Numbered from the stretch's first letter, positions 1 to 12,100 are shown. The stretch is 64,000 bases of DNA from Cryomorphaceae bacterium (GCA_020832345.1 JAFIEY010000155.1:4581-68580); one strand, 5' to 3'. A program made the numbers and translations. Notes: generated by a model not told the origin, from the sequence alone.

Positions 1-1607
1 TAAATGGTGGAGGTATTTGTCAATACCTGATCGTGCGTATTGTGAATACGGTTGTTCATGATTTTACCTCCTGGCATTCCATTATTTGCAAGAATTGCAT
101 AGTAGATGGTGCTATTATTCCTATTTGGACGACTCAAATCATTGCCAATTACCTCCAAATTTTCTTGGGCACGGAGATACATACCATAATAGCGTTGGTC
201 TTCAATAATGTTGTCAATGATTTTATTCCCGGTTGCATTGTTATTTGATCCTGGGCCATTTAGTGATATTGCATAATATCCACCACGGATATAATTGTTT
301 GTGATGGTGAGGTTATTTGCTGTGTTTCCGTAGGTGATTGCACTTGTGGTACTATTTGAGGCAACAATACCTGCATTTGATGTTCCTGTCGCGGTTAAAC
401 TAGCGATTATAGAGCAATTATTAATTGTGATATGATCTGTTCCGTCGATTAAATGGAATACCCACCCTTCGGTATTGCCCGCAGCCACAACCTCAAGGTT
501 GTTAATGCTGAGGTGCTTTGTGCCTGATAAGGTAAATGTATTGCGCTCGTTGGCGTTAGTTGCAGTATGGGAAAGGATATTTCCATTTCCATTTATAGTG
601 ATGGTATTTACTGCGGAAGTACCTGGAATATCATCGGCAAAAACCTGCTCTACATAAGGACCACTTCCCGAAACAACATTCACGATAACCGGACCGTTTA
701 CACCACCACAATTGATTGCATCAAAAAAGGCAGTAAATGAAGTGAAGTTAGTGGCACTGGCAGGTACATTTTGATTGATGGTGTAGGTACCGGATAGCGG
801 GGCACCGAAAGGATAAATTTTTATGGGCGTACTAAAAGAAGTTTGTGAATTACAGGTTAATGCACAACGATACCAAGAAGTATCAGTAACCACCATATTA
901 CTCATAATGCTTATTTCACCGGGAATGTTTACATAGGTAGTTCCGTTGAGTGAAATTTGCCATTGGTACGTTTGACCACTTCCAAAAGAAGCCCCAGATA
1001 AACCAAAGGTAACATTAGATCCGGAACAAACCAGTGTGTCGCTAGCGGTGGAGTTTCCGGCAACCGGCGGTGCAGAACAAGGTCCAAGAGGAATTACATT
1101 TATCGTATAATCTTCGGTTTCACCATAAAATTGAGTCGCACAAGGGTCTGTGGGTACCGCATAATAATCGCAGCGCACACGCATACGCTTGAGGCCGGGG
1201 GTAGTTCCTAAGGGAACGGTTACCGAGCTCGTAAAGGGAGTAATGGTAAAAGTGCCTGAATTCCAAATATCCTCGCCGGGATCGGTGAAGTTACCGTTGT
1301 TGTTCCAGTCAACCCATAATCTCATGCCCTGTTCGTAAATGGGTCCGGCTTGAACCGTGAAGTTAAAGGATCCTCCTTCTACAACATCTACTATTTGTGT
1401 AGTGAAATTTCCATAACTTGCCGGTGAACAACCTGAATTAAGGTTGGAAATGTTTGTTGTTTGGCCTCCTGTAGTTGAGAAGTTAAGAATCTGATCACCT
1501 ATGGAGCAGTCTCCAATGGGAATGCAGTAGGTTTGAGCGTTTATTGTAATAGAAAATAACAATAAGCTTAAGGTAGATAGTAATTTAAAAATCGTTTTCA
1601 TAAACAT
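1..1607 (-). CDS. Secreted GEVED-domain / parallel beta-helix repeat protein, N-terminal part only (C-terminus lies beyond the window start)
   Basis: Absent from the ORF track because it runs off the window. My minus-strand translation from ATG 1607 (or 1601) gives the signal peptide MFMKTIFKLLSTLSLLLFSITINAQ. It continues to RMRVRCDYYAVPTDPCATQFYGETEDYTINV (GEVED-type motif) and then to Asn/Gly-rich beta-helix-like repeats (ITINGNGNIL, ITINNCSII, LTITNNYIRGG). The frame stays open down to position 1. Confidence 0.7.
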   Translation of the reverse strand, partial: MFMKTIFKLLSTLSLLLFSITINAQTYCIPIGDCSIGDQILNFSTTGGQTTNISNLNSGCSPASYGNFTTQIVDVVEGGSFNFTVQAGPIYEQGMRLWVDWNNNGNFTDPGEDIWNSGTFTITPFTSSVTVPLGTTPGLKRMRVRCDYYAVPTDPCATQFYGETEDYTINVIPLGPCSAPPVAGNSTASDTLVCSGSNVTFGLSGASFGSGQTYQWQISLNGTTYVNIPGEISIMSNMVVTDTSWYRCALTCNSQTSFSTPIKIYPFGAPLSGTYTINQNVPASATNFTSFTAFFDAINCGGVNGPVIVNVVSGSGPYVEQVFADDIPGTSAVNTITINGNGNILSHTATNANERNTFTLSGTKHLSINNLEVVAAGNTEGWVFHLIDGTDHITINNCSIIASLTATGTSNAGIVASNSTTSAITYGNTANNLTITNNYIRGGYYAISLNGPGSNNNATGNKIIDNIIEDQRYYGMYLRAQENLEVIGNDLSRPNRNNSTIYYAILANNGMPGGKIMNNRIHNTHDQVLTNTSTI

Positions 1608-1828
1608 GAATTTGAAAAAAAATGAAACATAATGATGGACAAAATTACTGTATTTTTCCTTTGAAAATACAACAGTTTAAAAGTAAGTGGTTAGTAATGT
1701 TTACTATAGGCATCTTAAAATAATTTATCTATGAAAGAAAAAACCTATTAAAACCTATGTATTTATTTATTATTTGCCAAAAGCCTATGAATATATAAAT
1801 ATATTGTTATCATCGTAAATTAAAATTA

Positions 1829-1961
1829 TGAGTCTGCTCTAAAAAGTCCCTTTCTGCCAAAATCTTCCTTGTCGGCATATTTTTGAATCCTCACTTGCTC
1901 CGGTTCAAAAATCCCCTCCGCGTCGATTTTGATTGAAATCATCCTTTTTAGAGTGGTCTCA
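1829..1961 (+). mobile_element. Family-1 palindromic MITE-like element, full-length form A
   Basis: TGAGTCTGCTCTAAAAAG...CTTTTTAGAGTGGTCTCA inverted termini. Exact 4-bp flanking duplication atta at 1825-1828 and 1962-1965. Confidence 0.85.
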
Positions 1962-2232
1962 ATTATTAAAAAATTGATTCAAAAAAATAAACTTTCCAAT
2001 TTGAGGACGGTCATTTTTTCATGAAACCCTCATGAGAAAATCGTTCTCACTAAACAAATCAATCAAAAGTGTGTTCCATTAGTCCCCGGAAAACTCATTT
2101 GGAACAAATGATACGTAAGGTCTCAATAAATCCTATACTTGTATAAAACCAATGTTTAGAAATTAAGTGCCAATAAAGGTTATGGGACGGCAACCATAGA
2201 CTAATTTTGTGAATTAAAGGAAGTCGTCACGG

Positions 2233-2796
2233 ATGGGGAAAAAAGTACAAGAGCGAAGGATATTGGGCATAGACCCGGGAACAACTGTTATGGGCTACGG
2301 CATCATTGAGGGAAAAGGCAATAACGCGACCTTGATTGACCTTAACATTGTTTCCATGCGAAAGATTTCGGATCCTATGGAAAAACTCAAACAAATTTTT
2401 GAGCAGACCATAGCCATTATCGAAAAATACTTGCCCGATGAAATGGCCGTTGAGGCGCCTTTTTACGGCAAAAATGTGCAGTCGATGCTAAAATTAGGTC
2501 GGGCACAAGGCGTGGTCATCGCTGCTGCAATGTACAAAAATATTCCCATCGCAGAATATTCTCCAAGAAAAATAAAACAATCCATCACGGGAAAAGGAAG
2601 TGCCTCAAAGGAACAAGTTGCCGCGGCTTTAAAATACGTAATGAAAAGCGATGAACCCTTGCCAAAACAGCTTGACGCCACGGATGCCGTTGCCGTAGCG
2701 CTATGCCATTTTTTTCAAAACCCCGCTCTTGGGCAGGGAAAGTCCTATAGCGGTTGGGACAGCTTCGTCAAACAAAATCCCGATAAAATTAAATGA
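2233..2796 (+). CDS. ruvC: Crossover junction endodeoxyribonuclease RuvC
   Basis: 187 aa. N-terminal RILGIDPGTTVMGYGII and C-terminal DATDAVAVALCH match the RuvC acidic catalytic motifs. Confidence 0.9.
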   Translation: MGKKVQERRILGIDPGTTVMGYGIIEGKGNNATLIDLNIVSMRKISDPMEKLKQIFEQTIAIIEKYLPDEMAVEAPFYGKNVQSMLKLGRAQGVVIAAAMYKNIPIAEYSPRKIKQSITGKGSASKEQVAAALKYVMKSDEPLPKQLDATDAVAVALCHFFQNPALGQGKSYSGWDSFVKQNPDKIK

Positions 2797-2808
2797 TTTT
2801 TCCGGAAA

Positions 2809-3210
2809 TTAAACCTTATCGTAGTTTAATTTAATCTCCTTCGCTAGGGCCGCAAGTTTCTGGTGATCAGCATTGGTGTTGGCCAAGCGAAAATCCATAT
2901 CTCCTTCCCGATTAATCGGAATTAGGTGGATATGTGCATGTGGAACTTCAAGTCCATAAACGGTAATACCAACCCGGTTACACGGCACGGTTTGCTCTAT
3001 GGCTAACGCAATTTTACGGGCAAAGTCCCAAAGGGCGTGAAAGGCATTTTCATCTAAGTGAAAAAGCTTATCAACTTCCAATTTGGGAACCACCAATACA
3101 TGCCCGTTTTGAACCGGACGAATATCCATAAAAGCAATGGCATGTTCATTTTGGGCGATGACATGAGCGGGTATTTCCCCTCGGATAATCTTGGTGAAAA
3201 TACTGGTCAT
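2809..3210 (-). CDS. HIT-family (histidine triad) nucleotide hydrolase/transferase
   Basis: 133 aa with the histidine-triad motif HAHIHLIP. Confidence 0.85.
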   Translation of the reverse strand: MTSIFTKIIRGEIPAHVIAQNEHAIAFMDIRPVQNGHVLVVPKLEVDKLFHLDENAFHALWDFARKIALAIEQTVPCNRVGITVYGLEVPHAHIHLIPINREGDMDFRLANTNADHQKLAALAKEIKLNYDKV

Positions 3211-3211
3211 A

Positions 3212-3688
3212 TTACTCCATTTTTATATCTATGATATCGAGCATGACAACGCCGCTGGGAACCTGTATTTCTGCTTTTTCACCAACTTTCTTTCCTAACA
3301 GTCCCTTTCCAATAGGACTGTTGACGGAAATTTTACCCGCTTTAATATCAGCTTCAGATTCACTAACGAGCGTATAGGTCATGGTTTGTCCGTTGATAGA
3401 GTTTTTCAAAGTTACAGTAGAAAGTACCATAACCTTGGATGCATCCAGTTGACTTTTGTCGAGCACCCTTGCGTTGGCAATAACATCTTCGAGTTTTGAA
3501 ATTTTCAATTCCAAAAGCCCCTGCGCTTCTTTGGCTGCATCGTATTCAGCATTTTCAGATAAATCACCTTTATCTCGTGCTTCGGCAATTTGGCGAGAAA
3601 TAGAAGGACGAGCTACATTTTTCAGATGATCAAGTTCTTCGCGCAATTTTTTCAATCCCTCCGGGGTATAATAAGAAACTTTCGCCAT
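3212..3688 (-). CDS. greA: Transcription elongation factor GreA
   Basis: YYTPEGLKKLREELDHL...GDLSENAEYDAAKEAQ is the GreA coiled-coil signature. I prefer ATG 3688 (MAKVSYYT, 158 aa) to the track start at 3775. Confidence 0.9.
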   Translation of the reverse strand: MAKVSYYTPEGLKKLREELDHLKNVARPSISRQIAEARDKGDLSENAEYDAAKEAQGLLELKISKLEDVIANARVLDKSQLDASKVMVLSTVTLKNSINGQTMTYTLVSESEADIKAGKISVNSPIGKGLLGKKVGEKAEIQVPSGVVMLDIIDIKME

Positions 3689-3826
3689 GACAGTGCAGTA
3701 TTGTGGGTTAGTAATTGGAAAACACCAAGCTAGAAAATCAAAAGCCTCATTGGTATTAAGCACAAAAAAGACCATCGTTTTGATGGTCTTTCACGCCGCA
3801 AAGGTATAAAGTAATTTGCTAATACA

Positions 3827-4873
3827 CTAAAACATCATACGAACGCCCATGCTATAGGTTCCCATGAAAGGAGACCGCGTGGCACGATAGGCAAAGTCGA
3901 GAGCAAAGCGGGTATTATCGTTGCCTGAGGACAAGGGTAGATCCATGGAAATACCAGAAGCGAAGCCGGTAAATGCATTAGTGTGGCGACTATCTGCGCG
4001 ATCATCAAAAAATATGTAACCGGCCCGTAGCATGAATTTTTCCTGAAAGGCAAACTCACCACCTACATGGTATTCATCCTTTTGAAAAGAATGGGAATTA
4101 AAGCTACCCATCACAGTAAAGCGCAAATCCGTATCCAAATCAAAATCATAAGAACCACCTAAATTGAGGTTTGAAGGCAATTCAAAGGGTGCGGAACGAC
4201 TTTGCCAGGATTGGGTATAACCACCACCGGGAACCGGAAGTGAAACATCAAAACCATCACCACTAAAGGCAACAGAGGGGCCAATATTACGAAGGGTAAT
4301 ACCAAACTTAATTTTATCATCTTCACCGGTAACATACTGAATCCCCGCATCTACACAAAGTGCTGTGGCGGAAAGGTTGCTCAGGCTTTGATTAAAAACC
4401 TTTAGGTTTACACCACCATATATCGCATCCGTAAATCGCTGTGCATAAGAAGCTGTTATGATTGAAGCATTGGGTGAAAAAGTACCCAAACCACCATCTG
4501 GGTTATTAACCGTACGCACATCAATATCACCATAATTGATATTGGTTAAGGACAAACCCAACACACCATTGGCACCAACACGCTGCGTTAGCCCAAAGGC
4601 ATTGACAAACATATCAGCCCCAACCAACCATTGTGTATTGGTAAATGATACCTCAGTGCCCTCGGTAAAAGCCATTCCGGCTACGTTTAGAAACATGGCT
4701 TCTACACCACGCGTACCGCCAATGTTGGCATTATTGGTACCCGCTGATTGGGCCCAAGGATTTATAAGGAGCTCAGCGGCACCGGCAGAACCCACCCTTT
4801 GTGGATTCCCCGCGTAAACAGGCACACTAGCTATGGCGAGTGCAAGTCCTAAAACCTTTAGTGGTTTAATCAT
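3827..4873 (-). CDS. PorV/PorQ-family-like outer-membrane beta-barrel protein (putative)
   Basis: 348 aa with signal peptide MIKPLKVLGLALAIASVPVYA. The N-terminal GSAGAAELLINPWAQSAGTNNANIGG...EAMFLNVAGMAF resembles the PorV/PorQ motif pattern. Alternating beta-strand composition, and a C-terminal aromatic residue (...GVRMMF). Confidence 0.55.
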   Translation of the reverse strand: MIKPLKVLGLALAIASVPVYAGNPQRVGSAGAAELLINPWAQSAGTNNANIGGTRGVEAMFLNVAGMAFTEGTEVSFTNTQWLVGADMFVNAFGLTQRVGANGVLGLSLTNINYGDIDVRTVNNPDGGLGTFSPNASIITASYAQRFTDAIYGGVNLKVFNQSLSNLSATALCVDAGIQYVTGEDDKIKFGITLRNIGPSVAFSGDGFDVSLPVPGGGYTQSWQSRSAPFELPSNLNLGGSYDFDLDTDLRFTVMGSFNSHSFQKDEYHVGGEFAFQEKFMLRAGYIFFDDRADSRHTNAFTGFASGISMDLPLSSGNDNTRFALDFAYRATRSPFMGTYSMGVRMMF

Positions 4874-4899
4874 AACGCTTTATTCTAGTTTCAAACTTA

Positions 4900-7800
4900 T
4901 TAAAATGCATTGAGGTCGATCGGGCGCATCGCACCAAACCATTTCACTACTTTTTGGCCAATTTCACCGGCATCAACATGGATAATGTAAACCCCACTGG
5001 TAATTGGTACACCTACGTCATTTGTCAAATCCCAAAGTAAGTACGTATCCGTATTATCTTTACGGAAGGTGCGAATTAAAGTACCAGCTGTGGAAAAGAT
5101 ATTGACATTACAACGCTCTGGCAGGTTAATGATTTTCACAATATTATCCAATTGACTGTTCTCATACATAGAGAATGCAAAGTATGGATTCGGAACCACG
5201 CCAATAAGATCTAGCGCCTCATTGGCAGTAACCATATTTCCGATTCCAGCAGCAATATTGCGGGTACTAAACTCATAGTAGGGCTTGCCGTCATTTATCC
5301 CGCTACTGGTGTTATAGCGCGAGTATGGACGGTTAAAGCGAAGTTTGAAGCGCACCTCAGCTGGTATGTCTTCATAAGGGTTAACATTAGGAAATCCAGG
5401 ACTGAGCAATGGAACGTGTACATACTGAACTGCACCCCAAAAGTTGAGTAGGTGTGATATGTTGTTGTTGTCTTGCAAAAATTGATACAAAGGATGATTA
5501 GCTGGACTATTTCCCTTATAAGTATTATCTATTAGGTTAGCACCAATCTGGGCAATGGGCCGGAAAACATATAAATAGTGCATTCCCCCCATAGATATAT
5601 CAAATCTACGAAACAAATTGGCCGTTGGATTCCACAACATATCGTCTCCATTTTCACTTTTTAACCAGGTGTTTTCCCCAAAAGCCATATTAAGCCGTTC
5701 ACCGGACTCAATATCTATGGCGTAACCCGGAAAATAAGACCAACCCGGATTTTGATTACTGCGAACTAGCTTACCATCACTTGAAAGATCCCAACCAGGT
5801 GCAGTGCGCAGACGATGTTTTAAAATCCCATCTGCAGATTGGGTTGTAGCATATCCATTACCCGTTTGAGCCGCTTCGTCATTCATTTCAAACACAGGTA
5901 CCCGCGTCCACTTGGTGTGGTCTGCCGTTATAACAATATCGACAGAACGAGAATTCATAAGACTTTGCGCTGTTTGCCAAGCGGATTGACCAAATCCAGG
6001 GCCAAATCCCTGAGAAAAATTATTATTGTCTTCCCTTATTCTTAGCCTGCTGACAATTCCATAAGGTGCCCAAGTACGGTTAACCAAATTCCACAAATCA
6101 CAAGGATCATCAATTCGATCTTGATACGTCCGATTTGCAGTATTATCTTGAGTATTAGTGTTAGTTCCAGCTAATATCCAATTAATTGGAGTAAACGAAT
6201 TATCAGAGGTTACACCCATTAACCAAGGTCTATTAGCTGGGGTAAAGGTCACACTACTTCCAATCACCCCAGCATCATATTCACATTCCTCATCTTCTCC
6301 GGGCAGGGGAACATTAGTAATATTTACTGAAAGGCCAATTTCACTAATAATCTGTTCATTATTAAATGCAATAGTCGTGTCGGAATGAATTCCACCTTGT
6401 AAGTTATCAGCACTAGAACCCAACACAACAGTTTCACCATCTTCATTTTCGTAAGTACCTTCCAACACCCAACGGGAATTTGGGCGCAACCTATTGTCGG
6501 CAGGAGCAGGCTCAATATCTCCAATAAAGCGCAATGAAAAATCTCCAGGACGAACCCGCTTAGGGTTTACCACTTTAATATTTACCGGGCCTGCGTTCTG
6601 ACGGTAGGTAATTTCATCAACCCTACCATTACGTAGTATAGCTTCTTCTGATACTTCCGTGAGTTCCAACCAACTCCCCATGTTGCCTATACCGGCAATT
6701 CGGGTAATTTCGGGTGAATCACCATACCTAGAATGTAAATCCAATCCATTACGCTCTGGTTCAGTTTTGTGAGGTATTGCTGTTACTATGGTGTTTGAAC
6801 CACCAAAAGCATTTCTTCTACCGGCCAAATACGGAGTCTGTTGCGATAAATCAGGTTCTACAGGATCAAATTCGCGAAATTGATTCACCGCATAGGCAAT
6901 TACAAAATAGTAATATTCGCGATGATTGACAAGGGTTCTGTCAACTTCATCTGAAAACAAATCTTCGTTAAGTCTAAAGGTAGTACGAATGCCTTTATTT
7001 TCAGACTGAATGGTCATGTCCTGCGGAATAAAGGCATTATTCAAATCAGGTGCACGCTCATAATTAATGAGTTGTCCATGTTCATTCTCAATATCAACTT
7101 GATATACAAGGCGGGATAAATCTGGGTTATAAAGATCAGCTGAGGTAACCGAGGCGTTTCTAAATTGGAAGATTTGAATACCTTCAAATTTATATTCAAA
7201 ATAACCCGCCTGACGAGCAGAATCAATCCTCACCGGATCTTCATCCCAATCCGGTTGATTCACGATAAGCGGGTCAATCTGGCGATAACCGAAATTATAA
7301 TTATTTGACGTTTCGGGATAAGATAATTTTAATATCAATTCGTTGTCCAATTCTACAACTTCAACAAGTGGTGCATCCGGACCGTCGAGAATTTGAAAGC
7401 AATTGTCAAATAGGTTTTGAGCCTTGTCGTCAGCAACTTTTAATAATTCAACTGATGCATAAGGGTCTGGATTAATAAAATCGCGTGCCCAAACCGCTCC
7501 TGTGGTAATAAAGTTCAAAGCACCCGGCTGAAGGGTAAAGGGCCCAGCACAGTGCAAGCCACGCTTATCTGCTAAGTTTGCAGGTGATTCGTACCATCCA
7601 CCATTTGGCCATGGCTCAAAAGGAGGGAAAGTTCCATAATCGAATAACCCTTCAGTTGCACGCCCTGAAGCGGTCGTATCATAAGTTTGCCCAGGAAATG
7701 CAAATAGCGTCCTGATTCCACTATTATCAGTAGAAAACCCTGTTCCATTATTGGTAGAACCTCTACCGCCGGAATGAGTAAACATCAACAAATTATTATT

Positions 7801-9099
7801 TTTCCACTTTGATTGCAAAAAGTTATAAAAATGCGCGCCAAACTCAGGGTTAGTCATAGCTTGATTTGGCCATGAGTTGTTATAATACATAAAACCACTC
7901 ATGATAATCCGTTCATTAATTCCCAAATCAGGGTTTTCGGGAATACAAATCCCTGCACTATCACGAACGGCATCAATACAACCATCTTTGTCGTTATCCA
8001 AGCCATCAAAATAATCGGCAAATGGTCCTTGAAAAAAGTCTAGTCCAATAGCTGGTGGATTGGCGCCATACCCATTGGGGTGAGGCCCGTCAAAAAGTTC
8101 TGCATTATAGCAGTATCCCAATCCTCTGGGGATGTCACAACCGATAAGGTCATCGCGGGGGTCTCCTAAATCTGGGTCAAACCAAGTTCCAAAAAATGCA
8201 TTGGTCAAGGAGAAGGTCGATTTGTTGAGAATACGATAGTTGTAAAACGTCATATTATTGATCTCGTCATTGGTGCTAAATGCAAAGGCCTGAGCCCGAA
8301 TTTCAAAACCAAGCGCACCAGCTTGACTTTCGGTATGCACATTTCCCCTATCGTTATAGACCCACCAGATGGTTCGGTCACCGTAAAGCACATCAATTTC
8401 TTTGAGGCGGCAATCATATTGACGATCGAGGTCAAAACCGGGATAATCAAATTCAGGGTCATATAACCCATCACCGTCTTGATCTTCAAAAGGGGCAAGT
8501 TTAAAAGGCAATGGCGCATCATATCCGCGAATACCGTTACCCGGCCAATCGCGAATTACAACCGGAATTTCGTATCCTGGGAATTGCGTTGCAAGATCAC
8601 AATTAGGATCAATTTGACAATTTAGCCAGGCTCTATGTATTTCTACCTGCTCACGATCAATCATCCAAAAACGATCGTACTCTTGACAAGTTTGACTCGT
8701 AACACTGGCAGTTCCATCATCGGTAAGGGGGCCAGGCCAAAAATCATTACCACGCTGACGATACGTCATAGCAGCCAATTTCAATTGTGAACCCTCATCA
8801 ATTCCACCCAACCAAAGTGCGCCCGAGAACATCGAGTGACGGTTACTTCCCTTAGGCACCTCATATCTGGCTTGACCAGATAGATTCCACCACATATCAC
8901 CTGCAGCCAAAACCCTAGCGCGAACATTGTTTAAATCAAGGTCAATTTGAGCTCGTGCAGGACTACAGAGTTCATTCATTGTTCGTTTGATGGATTTACG
9001 GTTATCCTTTTTTAGACCTTTGATTTCTTCTGCATTTATCTGTGCCCCTGTAAACAGGAAGGCAAGAATTGCCATCAAACTGAGAATTTTCGTTTTCAT
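4900..9099 (-). CDS. Very large secreted protein with Asp-rich Ca-binding-like motifs and a T9SS type-A-like C-terminal sorting domain; family not recognised
   Basis: About 1399 aa from ATG 9099 (MKTKILSLMAILAFLFTGAQINA signal peptide); the track start 9132 would overlap the upstream gene. Carries DQDGDGLYDPEFDYPGFD and DGLDNDKDGCID. The C-terminal ~90 aa (VVPNPY...NIVKIINLPERCNVNIFSTAGTLIRTF...SGVYIIHVDAGE...) looks like a Por secretion tail. Confidence 0.75.
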   Translation of the reverse strand: MKTKILSLMAILAFLFTGAQINAEEIKGLKKDNRKSIKRTMNELCSPARAQIDLDLNNVRARVLAAGDMWWNLSGQARYEVPKGSNRHSMFSGALWLGGIDEGSQLKLAAMTYRQRGNDFWPGPLTDDGTASVTSQTCQEYDRFWMIDREQVEIHRAWLNCQIDPNCDLATQFPGYEIPVVIRDWPGNGIRGYDAPLPFKLAPFEDQDGDGLYDPEFDYPGFDLDRQYDCRLKEIDVLYGDRTIWWVYNDRGNVHTESQAGALGFEIRAQAFAFSTNDEINNMTFYNYRILNKSTFSLTNAFFGTWFDPDLGDPRDDLIGCDIPRGLGYCYNAELFDGPHPNGYGANPPAIGLDFFQGPFADYFDGLDNDKDGCIDAVRDSAGICIPENPDLGINERIIMSGFMYYNNSWPNQAMTNPEFGAHFYNFLQSKWKNNNLLMFTHSGGRGSTNNGTGFSTDNSGIRTLFAFPGQTYDTTASGRATEGLFDYGTFPPFEPWPNGGWYESPANLADKRGLHCAGPFTLQPGALNFITTGAVWARDFINPDPYASVELLKVADDKAQNLFDNCFQILDGPDAPLVEVVELDNELILKLSYPETSNNYNFGYRQIDPLIVNQPDWDEDPVRIDSARQAGYFEYKFEGIQIFQFRNASVTSADLYNPDLSRLVYQVDIENEHGQLINYERAPDLNNAFIPQDMTIQSENKGIRTTFRLNEDLFSDEVDRTLVNHREYYYFVIAYAVNQFREFDPVEPDLSQQTPYLAGRRNAFGGSNTIVTAIPHKTEPERNGLDLHSRYGDSPEITRIAGIGNMGSWLELTEVSEEAILRNGRVDEITYRQNAGPVNIKVVNPKRVRPGDFSLRFIGDIEPAPADNRLRPNSRWVLEGTYENEDGETVVLGSSADNLQGGIHSDTTIAFNNEQIISEIGLSVNITNVPLPGEDEECEYDAGVIGSSVTFTPANRPWLMGVTSDNSFTPINWILAGTNTNTQDNTANRTYQDRIDDPCDLWNLVNRTWAPYGIVSRLRIREDNNNFSQGFGPGFGQSAWQTAQSLMNSRSVDIVITADHTKWTRVPVFEMNDEAAQTGNGYATTQSADGILKHRLRTAPGWDLSSDGKLVRSNQNPGWSYFPGYAIDIESGERLNMAFGENTWLKSENGDDMLWNPTANLFRRFDISMGGMHYLYVFRPIAQIGANLIDNTYKGNSPANHPLYQFLQDNNNISHLLNFWGAVQYVHVPLLSPGFPNVNPYEDIPAEVRFKLRFNRPYSRYNTSSGINDGKPYYEFSTRNIAAGIGNMVTANEALDLIGVVPNPYFAFSMYENSQLDNIVKIINLPERCNVNIFSTAGTLIRTFRKDNTDTYLLWDLTNDVGVPITSGVYIIHVDAGEIGQKVVKWFGAMRPIDLNAF

Positions 9100-9119
9100 A
9101 ATCGGAAGCTTTAATGTTA

Positions 9120-12100
9120 CTAGAACGTCCACATAATACCCAGCCGAACTCGGCGAGGCAATGAGAAATTAAATGGATTGGTCATACGTGCGGTGTATAA
9201 ATCAGCAAATGCTTGTGCGCTTACAGATTGTGCAATTACGTCACGTGCACGATTTGAGGTGATGTAACCATCATCATCAGCAGCACCTGTAAAGTTATAA
9301 ACGTTCAAAACGTTTCTATTGTTAAATACATTCAGAATTTGAATATAAACATCGATATTTTTTCCTTTTTTTAAGTCGCCATAAACAAAACTCTTATTGA
9401 TTCGCATATCAGCCCGGTATTGCCATGGTAAGCGAGAACCATTAATTTGACCCTGAACCGGCACAGCACCTGAAGGGTTGTCCGTTAATGGATATGCCCA
9501 CTCCCTACGCGTATATGGTGTTCCGGAGTTTGCATTTAATACAAAATTTACTCCGGCATTCGCAAATACTTGCTTATCCCACCAAACAGGTCCATCATAG
9601 CTTGTTCCAGAACTGTAACGATAATCAAAGCGCACGGTAGCCTGATGACGTGAATCAAAACTGAGCGGAAGGATAAAGCGAATGTTTGGTTGCTCTGTCC
9701 GTGCCAAGTTGGCCGCAGTATTTGGCCCTGAACCTGTACCATCAGCAAACTGCAAGGTATAGTTGGCAAAAACGGTAAAGTTTTTATAGCGTCGAAGGTC
9801 ATATTCAAGCGAGAAACCCTTTACTGTTGAAAAGTCCATGTTTCCATAGGTAATATAGTTACCAGGGAAAGCGCCTACCATCGCTATGGTCTGCATCATG
9901 TCGCGCATTTCCCGATAGAAACCGGAAATTTTCATTGAGCTACGCTTGGTTAGCACTTGGGTAAAACCTAATTCGTAATCCGTTGTGCGCTGTGGTAGCA
10001 AATTGGGATTACTAATCGGGTTGTTGGTGCCTTTAAGTACCTCGTATTCCAACATTACAATAGGGTCGAAACGCGATAATGCAACATCCGGACGCTGGGC
10101 CAAAACATCATAGTGGGCAAAGAACAATGCCTCATCAGTAACAGGAAAGTTAAAGTTGATACGGGGCATGACAACTATCTGTGGCGTATAATCGGTAAAG
10201 GACTCAGCATCTAACTGAAGATCGTTGGGATCCTGAAAGAACAGTGGGCGAACAGAACCACCACCGGCATCAGCAATGTCCTTGGGGTTGGGCAAGGGCG
10301 AACCATCACTGCCAAACCAATTTCTGCCAGAGCGGTATCCTACAATATTTGGTTCTTGGTTTGAACTTAAAAAGTTATAATCCGACACATACACCGTATA
10401 ATCACGACCGATAGAACTCGGTACATTCTCGTCAGAAATATTTTCAAATTGACTCAATTGATCAACAGTGCTTGCTGGGTATAAAAGGAAAGGATCTTTG
10501 AGAACCGGCTGGTTGGCATCGTACCGGTCAACCCGTAAACCAACATTAAAACGAAGATTATTAAAAGTAAACTGATCCTGCACAAAAAGAGCCATATAAA
10601 TAGGCTCAAAGGCACCGACCGGACGAGCCAAGGTCCCATCATCATTCCGCTGGGTAAAGAAATCTTCGATGGTAGGACGACCGCGAAGTAATTGGCCGGT
10701 GTGGTCAAAACCATAAAAACTTGCCAATCGCGAACCATTCAAATTAATCATTTGATCGGCAGAAAACATACCAAGAGAGAATTCACTGGGATCATAGCCA
10801 TCAATATTGATGAAGTCCAATCCACGAGGATCTAAACCCTGAGCTGTTCTAAATCGACGGGTGAATGCATTTTGTTGCCAATCGGTTTCTGAAAACAAGC
10901 GAGGGTATAAAATGGTATCCTGAAAAACGCCGTTTTCATCATAAATGGGCATGGGATTGTCAAAATCAAATTCGTTGATGTGATCGTTTTGCAACAAACG
11001 CATCTGATTCCATAAACCTTGTCCATTTACAATAAACCCTCTGTCAAATCTTTGTTCGTATTCACCACCCACAATGAGTGAGTGACCCTTAATATCAAAG
11101 GTTACAGAACCTGAGATTCGAAACTGTGAATTTCTAATTTGTCTATATTGAGATTGAACCCCATCAACAAATTGGGATTGTACGGCACCAACGTTACCCC
11201 AAATTCCATTATAGACCGACTCAGGATTATCTCCATTGAGCAAACCACGAAATGCGCGAATTGCATCAAATGTCCGAGTATTACCCAAAAGTGGATTATC
11301 TGCTACCGCTTGGTATAAGTATGAGGTGTAGGCTGCCAAAACCGGATTGTGTTCACTCGGCGTAAATGCAATCATGGTATCTTGAGGTGCAATGGCCCTC
11401 CAGCCTTGTAAACCTGTCGTTGCATCAGTTCCCTGCTGGTAAAAGAAGGAAGAATATCGATCAAAGGTTCCAACATGACCATACGCAAAAAAATTATCCT
11501 GATGGCGCGGATCTTGAACAATTCTATTGTTGCGTGTATAATCCACTTGTAAAACCAAAAATGCATTTTGAATGGTATTGGTTTTACTTTCTTCTTGTCG
11601 CTCTTCACCTCTACCACCGGTTTGGTTACCCGTGAAACTGTGTGTAATCCGTCCAAATACGGCTAAATCCGTGTTTATAAACTCGAGGTAATTGTCATAG
11701 TTGAATAATGATTGACCAAAATTGGTGTTCGTTCCCCTTGAATGAACAAATCTACCTCCAAGGGTAAAGTTTGTTTTTTCATTAATGGCAAAGTTAAAAT
11801 TGTTGGTGACCCGAATATCGTATTGGCCAGCATTTAAACGTGCGGGAATAACCTCCAAATCATCCATGGTGACAAATTCAGCGTTAGCGAGAACACCCTG
11901 ACCTGTACCTGCTGGTCTTACCGGTACTTGGCGTATTTGATCCAAAAGCTCTGGACGTACCTGATACATGTCGGTATTGGCCGGACGCGGATCATGCTCG
12001 TGCTGAAACTCGATGGCCGTAAGAAATCCCATTATGGGCTTTTTGGTGTCGTCTTTTCGCTTGATGAGCGGCCCTCCAGCGGTAAAGGCAAAAAGGTTAT

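Noticed and set aside
1700-1800. Three AAA(A/G)CCTAT words upstream of the GEVED-protein gene as a possible operator
   Set aside because: The words are short and lie in very AT-rich DNA with irregular spacing, which is compatible with chance.
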